A stretch of DNA of 32,353 nt from assembly GCA_040326075.1 (NCBI GenBank), contig JBEQLH010000001.1, forward strand, positions 9,708 through 42,060, in the 5' to 3' direction. This DNA is from Anaerolineales bacterium (lineage in GTDB: Bacteria > Chloroflexota > Anaerolineae > Anaerolineales > UBA4823). The position numbers and the translations under genes are program-made. This document shows positions 1 to 8,336 of the stretch, piece by piece; within the stretch, counting starts at the first letter, position 1, and each line of letters starts with the position of its first letter. The notes below the pieces were generated by a model. The model ran no database searches, was not told where the DNA came from, and saw nothing but the letters and a program-made list of their open reading frames with translations.

Positions 1-107
1 ATTTACTCGGCTATGATCATTTCGAGTCTGAAGATAAAGAGATCATGTGGTCTGCTCAATCTCAGATTTTGAGCCAGCTTGACTCCAAAATAACTGTCCC
101 TGAATAA
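1..107 (+). CDS. ybeY: 3' end of a YbeY-like endoribonuclease (5'-truncated by the window edge)
   Basis: Frame 3 reads LLGYDHFESEDKEIMWSAQSQILSQLDSKITVPE, with stop TAA at 105-107. LLGYDH matches the conserved H-x-L-H-L-x-G-Y-D-H tail of YbeY. ybeY followed by dgkA is a common gene order. The ORF track lacks it because it is partial. Confidence 0.7.
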   Translation, partial: LLGYDHFESEDKEIMWSAQSQILSQLDSKITVPE

Positions 108-131
108 CTGACCAGCAATCATCTCACTCCC

Positions 132-515
132 ATGATTGAATTCTTAAAAACTCGTGCTCAATCTTTCCGCTATGCGTTTGGTGGATGGTGGTATGTCATC
201 CGCACTCAGCGAAATGCCTGGATCCACGCCATTGTCAGCGTCACGGTGATCACCATATCTATCTGGTTGAAATTAGATGCGCATGATTGGGCACTGATCA
301 TCATCGCCATCGCCATGGTTTGGACTGCTGAATTTATCAACACTGCCCTAGAAGCTGTCGTCGATCTGGCCAGCCCTGAGCAGCATGAGTTAGCCCAGGT
401 GGGGAAGGATGTTGGAGCCGCTGCAGTCCTGATCGCGGCTGGTTCTGCAGCCTTAATCGGTTTCCTGATCCTCGGTCCGCCTCTCTGGGTCCGTTTGAGT
501 TCATTATTCCAGTAA
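132..515 (+). CDS. dgkA: DgkA-family diacylglycerol/undecaprenol kinase (small integral membrane kinase)
   Basis: 127 aa with three hydrophobic helices. The motif AEFINTALEAVVD matches the DgkA E-x-x-N-T-A-I-E signature, and it lies downstream of ybeY. Confidence 0.8.
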   Translation: MIEFLKTRAQSFRYAFGGWWYVIRTQRNAWIHAIVSVTVITISIWLKLDAHDWALIIIAIAMVWTAEFINTALEAVVDLASPEQHELAQVGKDVGAAAVLIAAGSAALIGFLILGPPLWVRLSSLFQ

Positions 516-559
516 TATTGCATCACCAGGTTCAAAATTCTTTTCTATCGAGGTCAGAT

Positions 560-1420
560 ATGACATCACTTTCATTCTTATTTGGAACCGTAGGTTCACC
601 AAAATCAACTCCAAAAAAACCGGGAGGAAGCGTTGGAGGAGTCCTTCATAGTGCGGAACTAGGTTTAAATTGTCTGGAATTGGGATGGGTACGCTCAGTT
701 CGCGTTTCAGAAAAAACCTGCGCCTTGATTAAGACTACTGCTGAAGAAGGAGGCGTTGCGATCAGCGTTCATGCGCCTTATTACATCAATCTAAACGCAG
801 ATGAGCAGGAATGGCCCAAATCTCGAAAACGATTAATGGATGCAGCTCATTTTGGGAATTTGGCTGGTGCCTCTGACATAATCTTTCACCCGGGTTCTTA
901 TTTCCAACAACCTCCCGAAGCTGTGCTGCCAACAGCTATCAAGCGGCTAGAGAATTGTCTGGAAGAACTGCGTTCTGCGGATAATCCGGTGACATTACGC
1001 CCGGAAACGATGGGAAAATCCGCAATGCTGGGCTCTTTAACCGACACCATTAAAATGAGCCAGATGCTCAAAGGTGTCAAGCCTTGCCTGGATGTCGCCC
1101 ATCTGCATGCTCGAGCAGGCGATGGATCGGTTAATTCATATGATGAATGGGCACAGGTCTTGGAGGATTATGGCAATGCGTTGGGCGACAGCGCTCTCAA
1201 AGACATTCATATCCATATTTCTGGCATTGAGTATGGAGATAAAGGTGAAAAAGAGCATCTCCCCCTGGAGGAGTCGGATCTTGATTTTCAAGCAATTTTT
1301 CGAGCACTGAACGATTTTAAATGCCAGGGACGGATACTTTGTGAGAGCCCTATCCTGGAAGAGGACGCCCTGAAGTGCAAAAATACTTGGTGTGAGATCA
1401 GCCAGGAAAACTGTGATTAA
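560..1420 (+). CDS. Endonuclease IV-like (AP endonuclease family 2 / xylose-isomerase-like TIM barrel) protein
   Basis: Metal-ligand-like blocks appear in Nfo order: HAPYYINL, FHPGS, PETMG, LDVAHLHA, HIHISG and CESP. The start was moved to the ATG at 560 (MTSLSFLFGTVGSP...); the upstream 14 codons have no family counterpart. Confidence 0.65.
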   Translation: MTSLSFLFGTVGSPKSTPKKPGGSVGGVLHSAELGLNCLELGWVRSVRVSEKTCALIKTTAEEGGVAISVHAPYYINLNADEQEWPKSRKRLMDAAHFGNLAGASDIIFHPGSYFQQPPEAVLPTAIKRLENCLEELRSADNPVTLRPETMGKSAMLGSLTDTIKMSQMLKGVKPCLDVAHLHARAGDGSVNSYDEWAQVLEDYGNALGDSALKDIHIHISGIEYGDKGEKEHLPLEESDLDFQAIFRALNDFKCQGRILCESPILEEDALKCKNTWCEISQENCD

Positions 1421-1438
1421 TGGACAATGGTTGTTCGC

Positions 1439-2236
1439 TCAACGAACCTGGTTGAAATTGATTAGAATTAAATTCTTTTCGCAATCTGCGAAAGTATCGA
1501 AATATACTTGATCCGAAAGCGGGAGCATCGCCTGGTCAAACAACTGCACCCAAAGAGATTGGGTTGAGTCAACAGGTTCATCTCCCAGAACAAACTCATA
1601 ACTCCCTGGACCATAGGTCGTGACCATCCCGACCATTCCAATCATCTCTACCGGTTCTCCGTTCAGAGTCCCTTCCAGTTGAACAAATAGACCTTCCTCA
1701 ATAGGTGCGCCGCTCAGGTCAAAAGCCCGGCCTGCAACACCCATCCACGCGCAGCCTAATTCGGGATGTCCAATATTGTTGATAGCTACCGGATCACCCG
1801 GATGAAGCAAAAAGGGCATTCCTTCATTGGGTGTCGCTGTCGCCTGCCCATCGACCGGAGTTTGTGTCGGCACTTCTGTGTTTGGCGGGATCACGATCGG
1901 TGGGGTAGGTGATTCCTGAACCACTGGTGGGTCGGTTGGCACAGCAGTATTGGTTGGCGAAGGTACAAGAGTGGCTTGCAGGGTCACAGTCGGGGTCCAG
2001 GTCGGAGGTAATACACTTTTTGGTGTCGGTGTTACTGTCGGTGTCAAGAATGGCGCCGGCATCGTCGGAGGTGGATAGGGGTTGTATGAAATTTGCGGAT
2101 TAACCAACAGCGTGACCACCCCAATACAAATACATACTGTCATTAATAAAACGATCACGGTGAGGATGTTCCAAATTAATGCAGCACTGTCTCTTGATGG
2201 TTGAAGCGCTTCATCGGAGTAATCGAATGGATCCAT
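1439..2236 (-). CDS. Membrane-anchored protein with a long Pro/Thr-rich linker and a C-terminal domain of unknown function
   Basis: One N-terminal TM helix (LIWNILTVIVLLMTVCICIGVVTLLV) is followed by about 90 aa rich in P/T (TPTVTPTP...) and a globular tail of about 130 aa. It starts 3 nt after the upstream PPIase gene ends. Confidence 0.55.
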   Translation of the reverse strand: MDPFDYSDEALQPSRDSAALIWNILTVIVLLMTVCICIGVVTLLVNPQISYNPYPPPTMPAPFLTPTVTPTPKSVLPPTWTPTVTLQATLVPSPTNTAVPTDPPVVQESPTPPIVIPPNTEVPTQTPVDGQATATPNEGMPFLLHPGDPVAINNIGHPELGCAWMGVAGRAFDLSGAPIEEGLFVQLEGTLNGEPVEMIGMVGMVTTYGPGSYEFVLGDEPVDSTQSLWVQLFDQAMLPLSDQVYFDTFADCEKNLILINFNQVR

Positions 2237-2239
2237 GGT

Positions 2240-3175
2240 TCACTCACCTTGTTGTGGGATCAGAATAACAATATCGCTCTGTTCGCGCCGCATCGCCATC
2301 CATTCCTGCAATGCATTTTCTCTCCAAATCAAGCGCGCTTCAGGGCTTAATGGATGGTCAGGATCTCTTTCTACAACCAGGATGATATGAAATCCTACCG
2401 AGGTTTCAATCACCTGCGAATATTCTCCTGGCTGCAGGTTGAAAGCTGCCTCTTCAATCAACGGATGAGGTAAGAAATCCCTTGGAAACCAACCTAAGTT
2501 GCCCTGGGTGACCGGTTCATATATTGCTGCTAAGGTTGCAAATTCCCTGCCAGATTCGAGCTCAGCAAGAACCTGGTTTGCTTGGTCAGAATTATATAGC
2601 AAGATTTGCTGGACGTGAACTTGATCAACAGATAGGGGTACTTCTGCCAGGATTTGATCCCGCATCCATGCCCCCAGAGTCGATCTTTCCAGGGCTGTGT
2701 TAAAACTTTCCAGTGTATATCCATTTTCCTGCAGCCATTGATCAAACTTATCTTGGCCACCAGCTGCAGATATCAATGCGGTCAATTGGGTCCGTAGAGC
2801 CTCTTCATCAATAACGAACCCGTTTTCTACTGCACCCTGTGCTAATAAAACCTGATTGATTAAATTCCCCAATACCAGCATCCCAGCTTCTTGATCATTT
2901 TGTGATATCCCATCCACCAAGGCAGCTCGATAGCGGCTAAGCTCAGCCTCATACTCCTCAATGGTTATCCCCTCACCATTAATTAATGCCGCCATTGGAA
3001 TCGGTGTCGGGGTTGGGGTAGGTGGCACCAGAGTAATTGTATTCGTTGGGATCGGCGATTGAATTGGCTCAACGGTCTCCGTTCTGACAGGTCCGTTCAC
3101 CTCACACGCCGAGACCAGGAAAATTAAAATGTATAATAGAGAGACTTTTCGTAAAAGGAGCGTTGATAAATTCAT
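2240..3175 (-). CDS. Parvulin-type peptidyl-prolyl isomerase lipoprotein (PrsA/SurA-like)
   Basis: Signal peptide with lipobox LVSAC, a TPTPTP linker, a SurA-N-like helical region, and a PpiC-type core (GWFPRDFL ... GFHIILVVER). Confidence 0.75.
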   Translation of the reverse strand: MNLSTLLLRKVSLLYILIFLVSACEVNGPVRTETVEPIQSPIPTNTITLVPPTPTPTPIPMAALINGEGITIEEYEAELSRYRAALVDGISQNDQEAGMLVLGNLINQVLLAQGAVENGFVIDEEALRTQLTALISAAGGQDKFDQWLQENGYTLESFNTALERSTLGAWMRDQILAEVPLSVDQVHVQQILLYNSDQANQVLAELESGREFATLAAIYEPVTQGNLGWFPRDFLPHPLIEEAAFNLQPGEYSQVIETSVGFHIILVVERDPDHPLSPEARLIWRENALQEWMAMRREQSDIVILIPQQGE

Positions 3176-3287
3176 ACCGGCCCGATTATACTCTCCTCCA
3201 GGTAATTTTCCCTGACAGAATCAATTTTGAATTTCATTCAGCATAGTTTTTTTAAGGTGAGGATAAAATAGATATAGGAGATAAACC

Positions 3288-3971
3288 TTGGTTAGACAAT
3301 TCGTTCGCTTCCTCTTTTGCAGTGTATTCCATTTGTTATTCTTTCTGCTGAGCAGGGTTAACGTCCAGGGGAAGGAAAATATTCCCAATCGTGGGGGATA
3401 CATAACCGCAGTCAACCATTTGAGTGTGATCGAAATACCATTGATTTATTGTCTACTGGGTCGGGACGATGCCACCGGGCTGGTTGCAAAAAAACATCAG
3501 AAAAATACCTTTTTTCGATGGATGGTAAATGGCATCAATGGGATTTGGCTCAATCGGGAGGAGATTGACACCCGTGCCCTTAGAGCTGCCCGCGATCACT
3601 TGAAAGGTGGGGGGGTACTCGGCATTGCCCCAGAAGGGACTCGCAGCCAAACCGGTGCACTTATTAAAGGTAAAACTGGAGTAGCTTTTCTCGCGGATCA
3701 AGGTGGGGTCCCCATCCTTCCAGTTGGTGTGTCGGGTACCTGGCAAATTACGAAAGAATTACTTACCCTTCAGCGGCCACGGATCAATGTGAAATTTGGT
3801 GCGCCTTTCACATTCCCTCCGATAGACCGGGGAGAACGAGATACTGCTCTCCAACAAAACACAGATGAGATCATGTGTCGAATCGCGGCACTCCTTCCCC
3901 CCGAAAATCGTGGCGAATATGCTGAATACCCAAGAGTACACGAACTGATTCAATCACAGGAAACCACCTGA
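3288..3971 (+). CDS. Lysophospholipid / 1-acyl-sn-glycerol-3-phosphate acyltransferase (PlsC family)
   Basis: HX4(D/E) block NHLSVIE and the acyl-acceptor block IAPEGTRS. The start is TTG, preceded by GGAG 8 nt upstream. Confidence 0.8.
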   Translation: MVRQFVRFLFCSVFHLLFFLLSRVNVQGKENIPNRGGYITAVNHLSVIEIPLIYCLLGRDDATGLVAKKHQKNTFFRWMVNGINGIWLNREEIDTRALRAARDHLKGGGVLGIAPEGTRSQTGALIKGKTGVAFLADQGGVPILPVGVSGTWQITKELLTLQRPRINVKFGAPFTFPPIDRGERDTALQQNTDEIMCRIAALLPPENRGEYAEYPRVHELIQSQETT

Positions 3972-4007
3972 ATTTATTCTCCGGATCGGAAATCAGGTTT
4001 CCTTCCC

Positions 4008-4036
4008 TTGACAGCTTTTCGATTTTGCAGATAATA
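4008..4036 (+). promoter_or_regulatory. sigma70-like promoter of the pheS leader
   Basis: Consensus -35 TTGACA (4008-4013), a 16-17 nt spacer, then GATAAT/ATAATA (4030-4036). Confidence 0.45.
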
Positions 4037-4042
4037 AAGGCA

Positions 4043-4342
4043 ACATCTCACCTAAAATTGCAATGATGGAGATAAGTAAGTCAATAGAAACCGACAGGGA
4101 GGTGTGGGGCAGTGACTGAGACCCCCACCCGGTGGAGATTAGCTGAAGTTCCCTCCTGAGCTGCCCAGGGGAACGATCGGGCTTCCCGATCCAGTAGTTT
4201 GGGCCGTTATCCCAACGTTATCACGGGAAGCCAATCGCGAATTCAAGCTGTTGGTAAAAGAGTGGACCAGATCATTTGGTCAAGTTGGGTGGTACCGCGG
4301 GAATCACATCCCGTCCCTTCGCAGGACGGGATGTTTTTATTT
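4043..4342 (+). promoter_or_regulatory. T-box riboswitch leader, Phe-specific (specifier UUC)
   Basis: T-box sequence TTGGGTGGTACCGCG at 4285-4299. F-box-like CCGTTA at about 4204. Stem I base GGAG (4068-4071) pairs with CTCC (4153-4156), with AGTA on the 5' side and GAA-G-TTC-C on the 3' side (TTC at 4149-4151). GA (K-turn-like) motifs TGATG and CTGAG are present. A terminator follows (next feature). Confidence 0.8.
4306..4342 (+). terminator. Intrinsic terminator of the pheS T-box expression platform
   Basis: Perfect 11-bp stem ACATCCCGTCC / GGACGGGATGT with a 7-nt loop, followed by TTTTATTT. Its 5' arm can pair alternatively with the T-box sequence to form the antiterminator. Confidence 0.8.
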
Positions 4343-4361
4343 GATAGCTCTGGAGGAACAC

Positions 4362-5420
4362 ATGCTGGATCAACTCAATAAAATCGAAAGTGACGCCTTA
4401 TCCACCTTGGAAAGTATTGAGCAGCAAGAAGCGTTGGATAACTGGCGGGTCATTAATCTGGGTCGTAGCTCACCACTGATGGCAATCTTTGATCAATTGG
4501 GCCAGCTTCCCAAAGAAGAAAGACCAGCCATCGGTCGCAGTGCAAATATGGTCAAGAAAACCCTTGAATCCAGACTTGCTGATAAGGCTGAAGCCATCCG
4601 ATTAGCAGATTTGAAACATGCACTGGAAACCGAACGGCTGGATGTCACTCTTCCAGGCCGGCCAATCTCATCCGGTCGTCTGCATCCCATCACCCAAACC
4701 ATGCGCAAGATCTACCATATCTTCGCAGAAATGGGATTTCAGGTATACCTTTCGCGAGATGTCGAGACTGACGAATTCAACTTCCAGCTGCTCAACTTCC
4801 CTCCCCACCATCCGGCCCGTGAGATGCAGGATTCGTATTATGTAGAAGGTAAATTCGAGGAAGACAACCCAGTATTACTTCGCACACACACCTCACCGGG
4901 GCAGATACATGCCATGCGAGAATATTCAGCAGCCGATCCGCATGATCCTCCACCAATTCGAATTATCCTGCCTGGAATGTGCTACCGTCACGAACAGATA
5001 ACCGCCCGGGCTGAATCGCAATTTACCCAGGTTGAAGGCCTGGCGGTCGGTAAAGATATTACCTTTAGCGATTTAAAAGGAACACTTAGCGATTTCAGCA
5101 AACGCATGTTCGGTGAAAATGTGCGTACTCGCTTCCGAGCTTCGCATTTCCCCTTCACTGAGCCAAGCGCCGAGGTGGACATCGAATGTTTTGTTTGCGG
5201 CGGAGAAGGTTGTGCGGTCTGTAAACGCACAGGGTGGTTGGAAATTTTAGGTTGCGGTATGGTCCATCCAATCGTCCTGCAAAACGGTGGTTATGACCCT
5301 GGTAAATACACTGGCTTCGCCTTTGGCATGGGTCCCGAACGCATCACCATGCTGCGCTACCGCATCGAGGATATCCGTTATTTCTGGGCTAATGATATCC
5401 GTTTCTTAGAACAATTTTAG
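4362..5420 (+). CDS. pheS: Phenylalanine--tRNA ligase alpha subunit
   Basis: Motifs FPPHHPAREMQDSYY, LLRTHTSPGQ, PGMCYR and GFAFGMGPERITML. The start was moved to the ATG at 4362 (MLDQLNKIES...) with GGAGGA 6 nt upstream. The ORF-track extension from 4251 runs through the T-box terminator. Confidence 0.95.
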   Translation: MLDQLNKIESDALSTLESIEQQEALDNWRVINLGRSSPLMAIFDQLGQLPKEERPAIGRSANMVKKTLESRLADKAEAIRLADLKHALETERLDVTLPGRPISSGRLHPITQTMRKIYHIFAEMGFQVYLSRDVETDEFNFQLLNFPPHHPAREMQDSYYVEGKFEEDNPVLLRTHTSPGQIHAMREYSAADPHDPPPIRIILPGMCYRHEQITARAESQFTQVEGLAVGKDITFSDLKGTLSDFSKRMFGENVRTRFRASHFPFTEPSAEVDIECFVCGGEGCAVCKRTGWLEILGCGMVHPIVLQNGGYDPGKYTGFAFGMGPERITMLRYRIEDIRYFWANDIRFLEQF

Positions 5421-5430
5421 GAGTCCCTTT

Positions 5431-8010
5431 ATGAAAATACCCCTTTCCTGGATTAAGGACTTTGTAGAAATCGAGCTCCCAATTGAAGAACTGGTTCGTC
5501 AATTGACCATGGCCGGATTGGAAGTTGAAGAAATCATCTTCGTGGGTCTTCCAAAACCCAGTGGGAAAGTTGAAATTCATTCAAGTGGGCGTACGCGCCA
5601 GGAGACAAAGATCTCTGGAATTGAATGGGATGCAGATAAGATCGTGGTAGGTGCAATAACCGAGGTGATGCCGCACCCTAATGCTGACCGCCTGGTTCTG
5701 TGCCGGCTGAATGATGGACAGCAAGAACATATCGCCCTGACCGGAGCTCCCAATCTGTTCCCATTCAAAGGTCAGGGTCTATTACCGGAACCGATCAAAG
5801 TTGCCTATGCCCGCGAGGGAGCAAAACTTTATGATGGCCACCAACCAGGCCAGGTTTTAATGACCCTCAAACGCACGAAGATCCGCGGGGTTGATTCCTA
5901 CTCTATGGCATGCTCAGAGAAGGAGCTGGGTATATCGGAAAACCATGAAGGTGTCATTGTCCTCGATCCTGATGCACCAGTGGGGATGCCCCTGGTGGAT
6001 TATATGGGCGATGTGGTGTTGGATATCGCCATTACACCCAATATCGCTCGCGACACAAATATCCTGGGGGTGGCACGCGAGGTAGCCGCTTTAACTGGTA
6101 AAGAGCTGAAAGTGTCTGACCTCAATACCCCGATGGACGGTCCACCAATTGAAGGTTTGGTGAACATCGAAATCCAACAGCCTGAGCTCAACCCACGTTT
6201 TGTGTTGGGGTTGATCGAGAAAATTGAAATTCGTCCCAGTCCTTATGAAGTACAGCGCAGGTTGCACCTGGCTGGCATGCGTCCGATCAACAATATAGTC
6301 GATGCTACCAATTATGCCATGCTCGAGATTGGTGAACCCCTGCATGCATTCGACTATGATGTTCTAAAAGACCGGGCTGATGGTAAAGCACCTACCATCA
6401 TCACACGCACTGCCAAAACAGGTGAGCGATTAACCACCCTGGACGGTGTAGAGCGGCACTTAGATGATTTCACCGTCCTGGTATGCGATAAAGCTGGACC
6501 GTTATCCATCGCTGGAGTGATGGGAGGTGCAGAATCGGAGGTAAATGGAGACACCCGCAGTGTTTTGCTGGAAGGCGCGGCATGGAACTTCACCAATATC
6601 CGGCGAACGTTATCTTCCCAGCAAATGTCCTCTGAAGCTGCGTACCGCTTCTCACGCGGGGTCCATCCTTCCCTGGCTGAACGAGGAGTTCGGCGCGGCT
6701 TGGAGCTCATGCGGCAATGGGCAGACGGGGTCGTCTCACAAGGTATAGTCGATAGCTACCCTTTGCCACCAGTAGATCCAACTGTCGAGTTATCCGTTAA
6801 GGACGTTCAGCGCTGGTTAGGAATCAGCCTGGATGCGAATATAATCGCTGATCTTTTACGCAGCCTGGAGTTCACCGTCCATATCGATGATGAAAACCTG
6901 ACCGTAAAAACCCCTGACCATCGCCTGGATATTGGGGAGGGGATTATTGGTGTGGCTGACCTCATGGAGGAGATTGCCAGGATATATGGGTACGATCGCA
7001 TCCCGGAAACCCGGCTTTCCGATCAGCTTCCACCTCAGCGAGGAAACACATCCCTTGAGATAGAAGACCGCTTGAGAGATATTCTCACCAACCTGGGTCT
7101 CCAAGAAGTAATCACCCACCGTTTGACAACTCAGGAGAATGAGGCTCGCCGCTTCCCCCAGCTGAGCCAAGACCAGCACCGATCTGCAGACACTGATGGA
7201 CCTGAATATATTCACTTAGCCAACCCCATCGCCAGTGATAGGAATGCCTTGCGACAAAGCTTGACTGCCAGCGTACTTGAGGTCGGAGAAAGAAATTCCC
7301 GACTGATAGACCGGTTGGCATTTTTCGAATTGGGTGAGGTGTTCCTCCCGGAGTCAGATCGCCAACTTCCAGCTGAACCTCGTCAAATTGCCATCTTATT
7401 GAGTGGACCACGCAGTGAACAACACTGGCAGGAAGGTGATGGTTCTCCGATGGATTTCTTCGATATGAAGGGTGTATTAACCCAGATGTTTGAAAATCTC
7501 CAACTGGAGGAAATTCAATTTGAATCTGTCGAGCACCCAACCTTTCATCCCGGAAAGTGTGCCTCGGTCATAATTAAAGGTCTCCCAGTCGGAATATTCG
7601 GAGAAGTTCATCCGTTGGTTAAAAATAACTATGATATTTCTGATTACCCGGTTATGGTTGCTGAGTTAGATGTGGAACCTATCCAAACGCTAATCCCTGA
7701 CCGCTACAATTTGGTATCTGTTCCAGTTTTCCCACCTGTTTTGGAGGATCTGGCAGTGGTAGTAGATGAAAGTGTCTCAGCTCAACGAATCGCAGATTTA
7801 ATCCGTAAGATTGGGGGAGCGACCATCACCCAGGTCAAATTGTTCGATGTGTATCGCGGAGGTCAAGCTGGACCTGGAAAGAAGAGTCTGGCATTCAATC
7901 TGACATACCAGAATCCAGATCGCACCTTGACTGATGAAGAAGTAGCCCGCATCCGTCAAAAGATCGTCAAGCATTTAGACAAAGAGTTGGGTGCCCAACT
8001 TCGCAGTTGA
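5431..8010 (+). CDS. pheT: Phenylalanine--tRNA ligase beta subunit
   Basis: N-terminus MKIPLSWIKDFV, tRNA-binding block HPNADRLVLC, a B3/4-B5 core, and a C-terminal FDX-ACB block (LFDVYRG...KSLAF). It starts 10 nt after pheS. Confidence 0.95.
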   Translation: MKIPLSWIKDFVEIELPIEELVRQLTMAGLEVEEIIFVGLPKPSGKVEIHSSGRTRQETKISGIEWDADKIVVGAITEVMPHPNADRLVLCRLNDGQQEHIALTGAPNLFPFKGQGLLPEPIKVAYAREGAKLYDGHQPGQVLMTLKRTKIRGVDSYSMACSEKELGISENHEGVIVLDPDAPVGMPLVDYMGDVVLDIAITPNIARDTNILGVAREVAALTGKELKVSDLNTPMDGPPIEGLVNIEIQQPELNPRFVLGLIEKIEIRPSPYEVQRRLHLAGMRPINNIVDATNYAMLEIGEPLHAFDYDVLKDRADGKAPTIITRTAKTGERLTTLDGVERHLDDFTVLVCDKAGPLSIAGVMGGAESEVNGDTRSVLLEGAAWNFTNIRRTLSSQQMSSEAAYRFSRGVHPSLAERGVRRGLELMRQWADGVVSQGIVDSYPLPPVDPTVELSVKDVQRWLGISLDANIIADLLRSLEFTVHIDDENLTVKTPDHRLDIGEGIIGVADLMEEIARIYGYDRIPETRLSDQLPPQRGNTSLEIEDRLRDILTNLGLQEVITHRLTTQENEARRFPQLSQDQHRSADTDGPEYIHLANPIASDRNALRQSLTASVLEVGERNSRLIDRLAFFELGEVFLPESDRQLPAEPRQIAILLSGPRSEQHWQEGDGSPMDFFDMKGVLTQMFENLQLEEIQFESVEHPTFHPGKCASVIIKGLPVGIFGEVHPLVKNNYDISDYPVMVAELDVEPIQTLIPDRYNLVSVPVFPPVLEDLAVVVDESVSAQRIADLIRKIGGATITQVKLFDVYRGGQAGPGKKSLAFNLTYQNPDRTLTDEEVARIRQKIVKHLDKELGAQLRS

Positions 8011-8024
8011 GAAATGAGCAAATA

Positions 8025-8300
8025 ATGGATAGAAGGAATATTGGCATAATCGCCACCATCATCACAGTCTTGCTGTGCGGCATTCCTGGATTGGTCAGCC
8101 TTTGTCTGGCAGCTTTGTTTGTTATTGGCGGACCAGTTTTCGAAAAGAACAGTTCTGATTTGCTTCTCAAACTAAGTTTGCTTTGTATCGGATTGGTCGC
8201 CATCGCCATCCCGATCGCTGTAGGTGTGCTGACATTTCGAAATCGAGATTCAAAACCAGTAAAAACTTTTCCGGATGAACCGATCCCCCCACCTAGTTAA
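8025..8300 (+). CDS. Small two-TM membrane protein, function unknown
   Basis: Two clear hydrophobic helices (IGIIATIITVLLCGIPGLVSLCLAALFVIGG; LLCIGLVAIAIPIAVGVLTF). ATG at 8025 is preferred over the TTG at 8007 that overlaps the pheT stop. No recognisable family. Confidence 0.4.
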   Translation: MDRRNIGIIATIITVLLCGIPGLVSLCLAALFVIGGPVFEKNSSDLLLKLSLLCIGLVAIAIPIAVGVLTFRNRDSKPVKTFPDEPIPPPS

Positions 8301-8336
8301 AAGATTGATCACAGTCGGAGAGCCTCCGCCCGCCTG

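Noticed and set aside
206-535. Long antisense or shadow ORFs opposite well-supported genes. Examples: 206-535(-) vs dgkA, 6354-6710(-) and 7112-7540(-) vs pheT, 10255-10806(+) vs the ASKHA gene, 27191-27565(+) vs the dehydrogenase, 19520-19855(+) vs the hydrolase.
   Set aside because: Each lies fully inside a gene with clear family motifs on the other strand. They have low-complexity or Arg/Ser/Pro-biased composition typical of antisense frames, no SD and no recognisable motifs.
3176-3220. A TATAAT 9 nt upstream of the PPIase ATG (3175) suggests a leaderless mRNA. A GGAGGAGAG lies 15-17 nt upstream, too far to act as an SD.
   Set aside because: There is no acceptable -35, and the hexamer could be chance. 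Sequence alone cannot distinguish leaderless initiation from a long-spaced SD.
3609-3615. G7 homopolymer tracts inside plsC-like (3609-3615) and uvrA (18264-18270), considered as possible phase-variation sites.
   Set aside because: Both sit in intact reading frames of housekeeping genes and encode ordinary Gly-rich motifs. There is no evidence of frameshifting.
4199-4381. ORF-track ORF 4199-4381 and the 37-codon N-terminal extension of pheS (4251-4361).
   Set aside because: They run through the T-box sequence and the 11-bp terminator stem. The conserved PheS N-terminus (MLDQLNKIE...) with GGAGGA begins at 4362.
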